A DNA stretch of 64,000 bases from Oscillospiraceae bacterium (GCA_902778275.1 CACYXE010000015.1:6619-70618), one strand, 5' to 3'. Positions 36,715 through 45,480 are shown, counted from the first letter of the stretch. The notes: generated by a model not told the origin, from the sequence alone. A program made the numbers and translations.

Positions 36715-38673
36715 TCAGGCTGCGTCAGCCAGTGCGCCGTTTACTGCGAAGTCAGAGGCGCTCTGACCAGCGATACGGCCGAAGACGATGAAGTCGCACA
36801 CAGCGTTACCGCCTACGCGGTTGCCGCCGTGGACGCCGCCGGTGACCTCGCCCGCGGCGAAGAGACCGGGGATCACATCACCCTTGGTATCAATGACCTG
36901 GGCGTCACTGTCGATCTTGACGCCGCCCATGGTGTGGTGGATACCCGCCGTCACATGGATGGCGTAGTAGGGACCCACATCCAGCGGCTGGGCAAAGCTG
37001 GTGCGTCCGAAGTCGGGATCGTTCTTCTCCTCTACATAGGTGTTCCAGGTGTTCATGGTGTCCGCAAACACCTCGGCGGGTACGCCCATGGCCTCGGCCA
37101 GTTCCTCGTAGGTCTCGCCCTTGACCATGAAGCCGCTCTTGTCATAACCCTGGATCACGCCGGAGGCGTCATACATCTTGGAATCCACTACCAGCCAGCT
37201 GGCGGAACCGGTCTGAGCGATCTCAGCTGCAGAAACCTTGTCACGGGTGGAGACCTCGTCGTAGAAGCGCAGGCCTTCCTGGTTGACCAGAATGGCGCCG
37301 TCACCACGGAGACCCTCGGTGATCAGGGAAGCGGTGTTGGCTTCCACAGTGGGATGGATCTGGATCTGCTCCAGGTCCACGGTGTCCGCACCGGCGGCCA
37401 CGGCCATGTCGATGCCCTGACCCTGGATGCCGGGGGCGTTGGTGGTCATGAAGCCTTCCAGCGCCGGCTTGTAGGACACGACCTTCTCCAGGTTCGCGCC
37501 GAAGCCGCCGGTGGCCAGGACCACGGAACCGGCGTTCACGGTGATGGTGTTGCCGGTCTTGCCGGTAGCGATGACGCCGACAGCCTCACCATTATCCATG
37601 ATAATCTCAGTGGCGGTGGTGTTGAGCAGCAGCTCGATGCCGCGCTCGGTCAGGTTGCGCTCCAGGATGGGGACGATGTAGGTGCCGACAGAGACCACCT
37701 TGCCCTCGTCGTTGACCGGGCGGTGGATGCGCTTGACAGATGCGCCGCCGAAGCTGGACACATTGTGCAGATCCGCGCCTACGGTGCTCAGCCATGCGAT
37801 GGCGTCCTCGCTGCTCTCAGTCAGGGTCTTGACCAGCTCGGGGTCGTTCAGCGCGCCGCCGCCGATCAGAGTGTCCAGCTGGAACAGCTCGGTGGAATCG
37901 AAATAGCCGGTGGGATTCTCCTGATAGGCTTCCCACTGCTCCTTGACGATGGCGGCCAGCTCCTGAATGCGTTCATTGTCGGGATAGTTCTCCGCAGCGG
38001 CAAGCTGCTTCTCCACGCCGGCGGATTCGCCGAAATCGTTGACATCCTGCCACTCGGTTTTGGCGGCGTTCATACCGCCGGTGGAACGGATAGAGTTGCC
38101 GCCCACCATGGCCTGGCTCTCCAGAACCAGGACGTTCATGCCAGCGTCATGGGCCACAATGGCAGCGGTCATGCCGGCGCCGCCGGCACCCACAACAACC
38201 ACATCCACATCGTAGGTGATGTCGGGCTCAGCCACTACTTCCACGGGAGCGAGCTCCGTTTCAAAGGCCGCCGCGTCGATGCCCGCATTGGCGAGAGCGT
38301 CACGGATGGCAGCCTTGATGCCGTCAGAGGTCAGGGTCGCGCCGGTGATGGCGTCTACCTGCAGGCTCTGGGCCTCATAGATGGCGACGGGCAGCTGATC
38401 CACTGCCACGGTGCCGATGCCTTCGGTCTCATCGTGCTTGGTCACATTGATCTGATAAATCTTTTCCGGCGTGGCGACCACTTCTACTTCAATGGGACCG
38501 TTTCTGCCGACGGCAGAGCCGGAAAGGGTTTGCGCTTCCGCGGAAACGTTGGCGTCACCCACCGTTTTCACCGTGTGGCTTGCGATGATGTTGGCCACCA
38601 GGAAGACCAGAAGGATCACGCCGCAGGCGATACCGATGATATCGAGCAGTTTCGCTTTCTTCTGCTTGTCCAT
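36715..38673 (-). CDS. Membrane-anchored flavoprotein reductase: FMN_bind domain plus FAD-binding fumarate-reductase/flavocytochrome-c-like domain
   Basis: Start at MDKQKKAK (ATG 38673, GGAGG SD). TM helix, FMN_bind block DAITGATLTS, VVVGAGGAGMTAA dinucleotide fold, HHTMGGVKID and GGNRVGGNA motifs. Confidence 0.85.
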   Translation of the reverse strand: MDKQKKAKLLDIIGIACGVILLVFLVANIIASHTVKTVGDANVSAEAQTLSGSAVGRNGPIEVEVVATPEKIYQINVTKHDETEGIGTVAVDQLPVAIYEAQSLQVDAITGATLTSDGIKAAIRDALANAGIDAAAFETELAPVEVVAEPDITYDVDVVVVGAGGAGMTAAIVAHDAGMNVLVLESQAMVGGNSIRSTGGMNAAKTEWQDVNDFGESAGVEKQLAAAENYPDNERIQELAAIVKEQWEAYQENPTGYFDSTELFQLDTLIGGGALNDPELVKTLTESSEDAIAWLSTVGADLHNVSSFGGASVKRIHRPVNDEGKVVSVGTYIVPILERNLTERGIELLLNTTATEIIMDNGEAVGVIATGKTGNTITVNAGSVVLATGGFGANLEKVVSYKPALEGFMTTNAPGIQGQGIDMAVAAGADTVDLEQIQIHPTVEANTASLITEGLRGDGAILVNQEGLRFYDEVSTRDKVSAAEIAQTGSASWLVVDSKMYDASGVIQGYDKSGFMVKGETYEELAEAMGVPAEVFADTMNTWNTYVEEKNDPDFGRTSFAQPLDVGPYYAIHVTAGIHHTMGGVKIDSDAQVIDTKGDVIPGLFAAGEVTGGVHGGNRVGGNAVCDFIVFGRIAGQSASDFAVNGALADAA

Positions 38674-38838
38674 TTGTCCCTCCATATGTATCGTTTTTTT
38701 TGGTGAGCAGGGGCCCTGCTCTTTATGTTGCACTTACAACAATAATACCCGATTCTTCTCTTTATTTCAATGGAGTCAGACAAAGAAATGCCAAAAATGA
38801 TTTGCCCTTTTTCGGGATGTTGATGTTTGACAATTAAC

Positions 38839-38867
38839 TTGCAAATACGGCCCTGCTGTTATATACT
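38839..38867 (+). promoter_or_regulatory. Possible promoter of the Fe-S flavoprotein/hypA operon
   Basis: TTGCAA, 17 nt, TATACT. Confidence 0.45.
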
Positions 38868-38936
38868 GATATCACAAAATGGTGAAGTGTGCGCTTCACG
38901 CAAAGAGCATAATATTTTTTTAAGAGAGGGATTATT

Positions 38937-41621
38937 ATGGCAGAACTCAGACCCAAGATCGTAAAGCTATGTCATATCATTGGCGGCTTGACCGGCGTCG
39001 TCAACAAGATCGACGAGAACGCGCCGGAATACTACAGCCTGGCCGACATCCTGACGGATGACGAGGCTGACGTTGCCATCGCTGCGGGCCTGCGCAAGGA
39101 ACGTACCGCCGAATGGCTGGCCAAGAAGGTCGGCAAGCCGGTGGACGAAGTGGAGAAGATCGCAAAGCATCTGGCCTGGATCGGCGTGTTCCGCTGCACC
39201 TATGACAAGGAAGCGGGCGTGGACAAGTACTTCATGCAGATCTTCGCCCCCGGCATCATGGAGATGCTGGTCAACAACCAGGAGCTGCTGGATACCCATC
39301 CCGAGGTGGGACGCGCCTTTGAGGAGTACACCCGTATCCGTATGCAGACCATGAGCCCGCTGATCCCCAACGGCTACGGTCTGATGCGCGTGGTGCCGGT
39401 GGAGAGCGCCATCAAGGACATCCCCAATGTCAACGATTTTGAAAAGCTCAGCTATTATCTGAATAAGTACGACACCTTCTGTGTGTCTCCCTGTTCCTGC
39501 CGCGCTTCCCGCAGCTCCATCAATGATGGCTGCGGCCACCTGGCGGAGGAAATGTGCGTGCAGATGGGCAAGGGCGCGGAGCACTACATCCGTACCGGCC
39601 GTGCCCGCCAGATCAGCCGTGAAGAGGCGCTGGAGATCATTCATCGGGCCGAGGAAAACGGTCTGATGCACGACATCCCCAACATCGAGGAAGCCGGCGA
39701 GAGCGCCGCTATCTGCAACTGCTGCGCCTGCGCCTGCTTCGGCCTGCGCGTGGGCCTCATGTTCGGCGCCCGCGACGCCATCCGCTCCAACTTCCAGGCG
39801 GAAGTGGATGAGGCCAAGTGCGTGGCCTGCGCCCAGTGCGTGGAGGTCTGTCCCGCCAACGCCCTGAGACTGGGCCAGAAGCTGTGCACCACCGTGAACA
39901 TCGCCCCGGCCAAGTACACCAAGCTCTCCGAGCATATCGTGTCCAAGGAGGCCTGGAACCCGGATTACCGCGAGAACCGGGAGGACGTCATGCCCAGCGG
40001 CACCGCGCCCTGCAAGGTGGCATGTCCCGCACACGTTCCCGTTCAGGGCTATCTGAAGCTGGCGGCCCAGGGGCGTTACACCGAGGCTCTTGAGCTTATC
40101 AAGACCGAGAACCCGCTGCCCGCGGTCTGCGGACGTATCTGCAACAAGCGCTGCGAAGCGGAGTGCACCCGCGGCGGCGTGGACGAGGCGGTGGCCATCG
40201 ACGAAGTCAAGCGATTCATCGCCGACCATGACCTGAACAGCGAGACCCGCAGCATCCCCAAGATGGTCAACCAGATCGGCAGACCCTATGAGGAGAAGAT
40301 CGCCATCATCGGCTCCGGCCCGGCGGGTCTGAGCTGCGCCTACTATCTGTGCAAGAAGGGCTACAAGGTCACCGTGTTCGACCGCAACCCGGTCCCCGGC
40401 GGCATGCTGACCCTGGGCATCCCCAACTTCCGCCTGGAGAAGGATGTGCTCAACGCGGAGATCGACATCATCCGTGAGATGGGCGCGGAGTTCAGATGCG
40501 GCGTGGAGGTCGGCAAGGACGTGACCATCCAGCAGCTGCGTGAAGAGGGCTACAAGGGCTTCTATCTGGCCATCGGCGCCCAGAAGTCCAGCGCCATCGG
40601 TGTGCCCGGCGAGGATCTGAAGGGTGTTTACGGCGGCGTGGACTTCCTGCGGGAGGTCAACCTGGGCAAGAAGCCCAGGATCGGCAAGAAGTGCGCGGTC
40701 ATCGGCGCCGGCAACGTGGCCATGGACGTGTGCCGCACGGCGGTCCGTCTGGGCGCGACCGATACATACATCATCTACCGCCGCTCCCAGGCGGAGATGC
40801 CCGCCGATCCCGAAGAAGTGGCCGAGGCCATGGAAGAGGGCGTGCAGTTCCGTTTCCTGAACGCTCCCGTGGAGATCGAGGGCAATGACAAGGGCAAGGT
40901 CACCGCACTGAAGGTGGAGATCATGGAACTGGGCGAGCCCGATGAGAAGGGCCGCCGCAAGCCCGTGGGCACCGGCAAGTTCGAGACCATCAAGGTGGAC
41001 TCCGTCATCGGCGCCATCGGCCAGAAGGTGGACTGGGGCACGCTGGATGTGGGCGCTTTGGTAAAGACCGGCAAGGGTACCGCTGAGGCGGACGCCCTGA
41101 CCTATCAGACCGCCGAACCCGACATCTTTGTGGGCGGCGACGTGTACACCGGACCCAGCTTTGCCATCAACGCCATCGCAGCCGGCAAGGAAGCGGCCAT
41201 CTCCCTGCACCGCTATGTGCATCCCGGCCAGACCCTGACCATGGGCCGCGACCGCCGCGTCTACCGCGCGCTGGATAAGGACCATGTGCAGCTGAGCGTG
41301 GGCGGCTTCGACAAGGAGCACCGCCAGGTTCGCGGCTACAACGCCGAGAAGGCCAAGACCTTCGCGGACGCCCGCGTCACCTTCACCGAGGAGCAGGTCC
41401 GCAAGGAGACCGCCCGCTGCCTGGGCTGCGGCGCCACCAAGGTGGATCCCTACCTGTGCATCGGCTGCGGCATCTGCACCACCCGCTGCAAGTTCGACGC
41501 CATCCATCTCAAGAAGGTCCGCGACTGGCATGCCGGCACCTTTGAGACCATGCCCATCAAGGCGGCGGAGAATCTGGTCCGCAAGACCGGCGGCATCGTC
41601 AAAAGAGCGGTAACGAAGTAA
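38937..41621 (+). CDS. Multidomain Fe-S flavoprotein: Cys-rich N-domain, 4Fe-4S ferredoxin motifs and a GltD-like NAD(P)H/FAD oxidoreductase module
   Basis: CSCRASRSSINDGCGH, ICNCCACAC, CVACAQCVEVCP, CGRICNKRCEAEC, IIGSGPAGLSCAY, VIGAGNVAMD, and C-terminal CLGCG...CIGCGICTTRC. Confidence 0.8.
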   Translation: MAELRPKIVKLCHIIGGLTGVVNKIDENAPEYYSLADILTDDEADVAIAAGLRKERTAEWLAKKVGKPVDEVEKIAKHLAWIGVFRCTYDKEAGVDKYFMQIFAPGIMEMLVNNQELLDTHPEVGRAFEEYTRIRMQTMSPLIPNGYGLMRVVPVESAIKDIPNVNDFEKLSYYLNKYDTFCVSPCSCRASRSSINDGCGHLAEEMCVQMGKGAEHYIRTGRARQISREEALEIIHRAEENGLMHDIPNIEEAGESAAICNCCACACFGLRVGLMFGARDAIRSNFQAEVDEAKCVACAQCVEVCPANALRLGQKLCTTVNIAPAKYTKLSEHIVSKEAWNPDYRENREDVMPSGTAPCKVACPAHVPVQGYLKLAAQGRYTEALELIKTENPLPAVCGRICNKRCEAECTRGGVDEAVAIDEVKRFIADHDLNSETRSIPKMVNQIGRPYEEKIAIIGSGPAGLSCAYYLCKKGYKVTVFDRNPVPGGMLTLGIPNFRLEKDVLNAEIDIIREMGAEFRCGVEVGKDVTIQQLREEGYKGFYLAIGAQKSSAIGVPGEDLKGVYGGVDFLREVNLGKKPRIGKKCAVIGAGNVAMDVCRTAVRLGATDTYIIYRRSQAEMPADPEEVAEAMEEGVQFRFLNAPVEIEGNDKGKVTALKVEIMELGEPDEKGRRKPVGTGKFETIKVDSVIGAIGQKVDWGTLDVGALVKTGKGTAEADALTYQTAEPDIFVGGDVYTGPSFAINAIAAGKEAAISLHRYVHPGQTLTMGRDRRVYRALDKDHVQLSVGGFDKEHRQVRGYNAEKAKTFADARVTFTEEQVRKETARCLGCGATKVDPYLCIGCGICTTRCKFDAIHLKKVRDWHAGTFETMPIKAAENLVRKTGGIVKRAVTK

Positions 41622-41962
41622 TGCACGAGCTTGGAATTTGCGACGCCATGCTGAAGATGGTGCGCGGCATCATGAAGGATGAGGAGCTGGACGCCATCAC
41701 CCGCATCACGGTGGAGGTGGGCTCCCTCAGCGGGGTCATGCCCAACTTCCTGGCCGATTGCTGGGTAGCCGTCACCGATGGCACCGAGCTGGAGGAGACG
41801 GAGTTCGTGATCGAAGAGCTGGCCGGCACCGCCAAATGCCTGGACTGTCAGCGGGAGTTCGTCGCAGATCTGAACGACCTCAGCTGTCCCGTCTGCAAGG
41901 GGAAAAAGCTGATGCCGCTGACCGGACGCGATCTGACGCTCAAAGAGATCTTGGTACCATAG
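41621..41962 (+). CDS. hypA: HypA/HybF-type nickel metallochaperone
   Basis: 113 aa. N-terminal MHE nickel motif and a zinc ribbon CLDC-x13-CPVC. TAATG overlap with the upstream gene. Confidence 0.85.
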   Translation: MHELGICDAMLKMVRGIMKDEELDAITRITVEVGSLSGVMPNFLADCWVAVTDGTELEETEFVIEELAGTAKCLDCQREFVADLNDLSCPVCKGKKLMPLTGRDLTLKEILVP

Positions 41963-41981
41963 CAAGAGAAATACATGCTTG

Positions 41982-42015
41982 AATCCGCCTGAGGGTTTTC
42001 CTCAGGCGGATTTTT
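41982..42015 (+). terminator. Intrinsic terminator after hypA
   Basis: 13-bp stem AATCCGCCTGAGG / CCTCAGGCGGATT followed by TTT. Confidence 0.8.
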
Positions 42016-42047
42016 GCGTTACAAAAAGTTCATTTTTTGCCTCAGGT

Positions 42048-42067
42048 TTTCTAAGTCATTTCTAAGT
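42048..42067 (+). promoter_or_regulatory. Two TTTCTAAGT direct repeats with 11-bp phasing upstream of the VTC operon
   Basis: Repeats at 42048..42056 and 42059..42067, 50 nt upstream of the GTG start. Confidence 0.35.
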
Positions 42068-42116
42068 TTCCGGCGGTATGCTTTAGCCACAAGATGAAAC
42101 GCAGGAGGCGATAGCG

Positions 42117-42839
42117 GTGGAAAACAACATCTTTCAGCGGCACGAGATCAAGTTCCTGCTGGACAGCAGGCAGCGGGCCATCATGGAGCAGGCCTTTGCC
42201 GTGCGCATGGAGCCGGACCCCCACGGGCAGAGTACCATCTGCAACATCTATTACGACACCCCGGACTATCGGCTCATCCGCGAGTCTCTGGAAAAGCCCG
42301 TATACAAGGAAAAGCTGCGTATGCGCAGCTATGGGCAGGTGACCGGCGGCGGTGAGGTCTTCCTGGAACTGAAGAAAAAGTATGACGGCGTTGTATACAA
42401 AAGGCGCATCTCTCTCACCGCGCGGGATGCCGCGGCCTATATGAGCGGACGGGTCCCGCTCCCCGAGGACAGCCAGATCGGGCGGGAGATCGACTACTGC
42501 CGGAAGTACTACCGAAATTTGCGCCCGGCGGTGTATCTCTGCTATGACCGCTGCGCCTACTTCTCCACGGAGGATCCGGAGCTGCGGGCGACCTTTGATA
42601 AAAACATCTGTTGGCGGACTTATGACATGCGCTTGACGGCAGCGCCCGGCGGGGAGCATCTGCTTCTGCCCGGCCAATCCCTGTTCGAGGTCAAGACTGC
42701 CACAGCGATCCCACTGTGGCTGGTGGAGGTACTGGACCGGGCCGGGATCCGCCAGGCCTCCTTCTCCAAGTATGGCGAGGCGTATAGAATCATGAGCGAG
42801 CGGGCAAATAAAGAAAGACGAGGTGTCGGTTGTGCTTGA
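42117..42839 (+). CDS. VTC-domain (polyphosphate-polymerase-like, triphosphate-tunnel fold) protein
   Basis: GTG start with AGGAGG SD. RHEIKFLL N-terminus, YYDTPDYRL and KLRMRSYG blocks are typical of bacterial VTC-domain proteins. Confidence 0.82.
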   Translation: MENNIFQRHEIKFLLDSRQRAIMEQAFAVRMEPDPHGQSTICNIYYDTPDYRLIRESLEKPVYKEKLRMRSYGQVTGGGEVFLELKKKYDGVVYKRRISLTARDAAAYMSGRVPLPEDSQIGREIDYCRKYYRNLRPAVYLCYDRCAYFSTEDPELRATFDKNICWRTYDMRLTAAPGGEHLLLPGQSLFEVKTATAIPLWLVEVLDRAGIRQASFSKYGEAYRIMSERANKERRGVGCA

Positions 42840-43524
42840 ATCCTTTTTTTCCGGACTTTATACTGGCGGTACGGATCCCATTTCCCTGCCTGTGTTTCTG
42901 ACTTTGATTCTTTCGGCGCTGGTGATCGGCGCGGTGCAGGCCCTTGTGTATCTGCACAACAACAGCGGCAGCAAGAGCTTTGTGGTGACCCTGGCCACCC
43001 TTCCCGCCGTAGTCAGCACCATCATCATGCTGGTCAGCGGCAGCATCGGAGCGGGCGTGGCCGTGGCCGGGACCTTCTCCCTGGTGCGTTTCCGCTCCGC
43101 ACCCGGCAGCGGCAAGGAGATCGCGGCGGTCTTTACCGCCATGGCGGTGGGCCTGGCCTGCGGCATGGGCTGCCCGGGACTGGCCGCTCTGTTCGCCCTT
43201 GTCATGTGTCTGGCCGATACCCTGTATGCGAAGACCGGCTTTGGTGAGCGCAGGGGAGAGCAGCTGCACAAGTGCCTGCAGATCACAGTCCCGGAGAGTC
43301 TGGAATTTGGAGAGATCTTTGACGATCTCTTTGAGGAATACACCACCGAAGCCAAAATGACCCGGGTAAAGACCACCAACCTGGGCAGCCTCAACCGGCT
43401 GAGCTATGAGGTCACCCTCCGGAAAGGCGGGATCGAGAAGCAATTCATCGACGCGCTCCGCTGCCGCAACGGCAACCTGGAGATCAGCCTGTCCGAACGG
43501 ATGGAAGCATCCGCGGAACTGTAA
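42823..43524 (+). CDS. DUF4956 family membrane protein
   Basis: Overlaps the VTC gene end. TM-rich N-half and SLVRFRSAPG block. The start may be GTG 42832. Confidence 0.8.
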   Translation: MSVVLESFFSGLYTGGTDPISLPVFLTLILSALVIGAVQALVYLHNNSGSKSFVVTLATLPAVVSTIIMLVSGSIGAGVAVAGTFSLVRFRSAPGSGKEIAAVFTAMAVGLACGMGCPGLAALFALVMCLADTLYAKTGFGERRGEQLHKCLQITVPESLEFGEIFDDLFEEYTTEAKMTRVKTTNLGSLNRLSYEVTLRKGGIEKQFIDALRCRNGNLEISLSERMEASAEL

Positions 43525-43541
43525 GAAAGGACGGATCAAAC

Positions 43542-45242
43542 ATGAAAAAGTCATACAATCGTATCCTGGCGGTCCTGGTGGCGGGGACCATGCTGACGGC
43601 CTGCGGCAGCGCGTCCGCCCAGGCCGCCGAGAAAAACGAAAAAGCCGCCGACGCAATCACGGAAGCTGCAGAGCTTACCGAGATCCCATCCGCCGCAGCG
43701 GACGGGGACGCCCGGGAAGCGGAAATCAGTATCACCCTCAGCGATAAGAAGTCTGCCTCTTCTGACGACAGCGTCAGCATCAGCGGCAGCACGGTGACCA
43801 TCACCCAGGAGGGGACTTACCGCGTCAGCGGCACCCTCAGCGACGGACAGATCATCGTAGACGCCGATGAAAACGCCAAGGTCAAGCTGATCCTGGACGG
43901 CGCCGATATCAGCAAAGAGGGGAGCGCCGCCATTTACGTGCTCTCTGCCGACAAGGTCATCCTTTCATCCGCCGAGGGCAGCACTAACAGCATCCGCTCC
44001 TCAGGCGAATTCGTGCAGACCGATGACAACAATGTGGACGCCGCGGTTTTCGCCAAGTGCGATCTGAATCTGAACGGCGACGGCGTCGTCAACATCAGCT
44101 GCGAGACCGGCCACGGTGTGGTCAGCAAGGACGACCTGAAGGTCAAGGACGGCGAGTGGAACATCACCGCCGCCGGAAAGGGCCTCAGCGGCAAGGACAG
44201 CGTCACCGTGGAGGACGGCACCCTGAACATCACCAGCGGCACCAAGGGCATCTGGTCCGACAACGACGAAGATGAGGAGAAGGGCAGCATCGAGATCCTG
44301 GGCGGCAGCATCACCGTCACATCTGCAGACGACAGCATCCACGCCGGCAACACTGTCAGCATCAGCGGCGGCGAGATGACGCTCAGCAGCGCTGACGACG
44401 GCATCCATGCAGATAACACCCTGACCGTCAGCGGCGGCAAGGTCGACGTTACCAAGAGCTATGAGGGCCTGGAGGCCAAGGATATCGACATCAGCGGCGG
44501 CGAGATCAGCATCGCTGCCTCCGATGATGGCATCAACGCGGCGGGCGGCAACGACGGATCCAATGCCTTCGGCCCCTTCGGCGGCGATCCGTTCGGCTCT
44601 GACAGCGGCTCCACCCTGACCATCAGCGGCGGTACCCTTGTGGTGGATGCAGGCGGCGACGGCCTGGACGCCAACGGCGAGCTGACCGTCAGCGGCGGTG
44701 TGATCTACGTGAGCGGCCCCACCAACAGCGGCAACGGCGCGCTGGACTACGGCACCGACGCCGCCATCACCGGCGGCACCATTATCGCAGTGGGTGCGGC
44801 GGGCATGGCGGAGAACTTCGGAAGCAAGTCCACCCAGGGCTGCATCCTGCTGAACCTGAGCGCCGCCCAGACGGCAGGCACCACGGTATCCATCGAAGAT
44901 GAGAACGGCAAGGTGCTGGCCAGCTACACCCCCGGCAAAAACTATCAGTCCGTGGTCATCAGCACGGAGGGCATGGAAGTGGGCGGCACCTACACCGTCA
45001 AGGCCGGATCGGTCAGCGAAGAGATCACCCTGGACTCTGTCATCTACGGCAGCGGTATGGGCATGGGCGGCTTCGGCGGCATGGGCGGCCATGGAAACAT
45101 GGGCGATCCCGGCTGGAGCGGTCAGGGAGCCGGCTGGGAAAGAAACGGTGCGGGCGGTTTCGAGGGCCGGACAGGCGGACCCGGCGGCTTTGGCGGCCGC
45201 CGCGGCCAGGGCGGCTTCCCTCAGCAGTCGAGCGCGGCATAA
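43542..45242 (+). CDS. Secreted lipoprotein with a Cthe_2159-like parallel beta-helix (annotated family: carbohydrate-binding domain protein) and a Gly-rich tail
   Basis: Lipobox LTACGS. Repeated DDxIHA/DDGINA and ISGG/VSGG turns every 20-25 aa. C-terminal G/M/F-rich low-complexity tail. Confidence 0.78.
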   Translation: MKKSYNRILAVLVAGTMLTACGSASAQAAEKNEKAADAITEAAELTEIPSAAADGDAREAEISITLSDKKSASSDDSVSISGSTVTITQEGTYRVSGTLSDGQIIVDADENAKVKLILDGADISKEGSAAIYVLSADKVILSSAEGSTNSIRSSGEFVQTDDNNVDAAVFAKCDLNLNGDGVVNISCETGHGVVSKDDLKVKDGEWNITAAGKGLSGKDSVTVEDGTLNITSGTKGIWSDNDEDEEKGSIEILGGSITVTSADDSIHAGNTVSISGGEMTLSSADDGIHADNTLTVSGGKVDVTKSYEGLEAKDIDISGGEISIAASDDGINAAGGNDGSNAFGPFGGDPFGSDSGSTLTISGGTLVVDAGGDGLDANGELTVSGGVIYVSGPTNSGNGALDYGTDAAITGGTIIAVGAAGMAENFGSKSTQGCILLNLSAAQTAGTTVSIEDENGKVLASYTPGKNYQSVVISTEGMEVGGTYTVKAGSVSEEITLDSVIYGSGMGMGGFGGMGGHGNMGDPGWSGQGAGWERNGAGGFEGRTGGPGGFGGRRGQGGFPQQSSAA

Positions 45243-45324
45243 AGCGCTGGACCATGGGTGAAAGCCTATATGTCTGCCGGAAAAAGAACAGACGCGGACA
45301 TCTGACCAATACAGCGAAAACAGG

Positions 45325-45365
45325 AAGACGAGACCGTGGCGCACGCCGCAGTCTCGTCTTTTTCG
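45325..45365 (+). terminator. Terminator after the beta-helix gene
   Basis: AAGACGAGAC / GTCTCGTCTT stem followed by TTTT. Confidence 0.6.
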
Positions 45366-45414
45366 TTATTCCGTACGAAGCGTGTATGCTGTCGCCAACG
45401 GGTATTTTGAATTT

Positions 45415-45480
45415 TTTCTAAATAGCTGTTGACAGGTCGACGCCCCGGGAGTATAATGCATTTAGATAAATTTCTAAATA
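45415..45480 (+). promoter_or_regulatory. Consensus promoter of sdpRI flanked by repeated TTTCTAAATA boxes
   Basis: TTGACA (45429), 17 nt, TATAAT (45452). 10-bp direct repeats at 45415..45424 and 45471..45480. Inverted repeat ATTTAGA-N6-TCTAAAT at 45460..45479. Confidence 0.7.
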
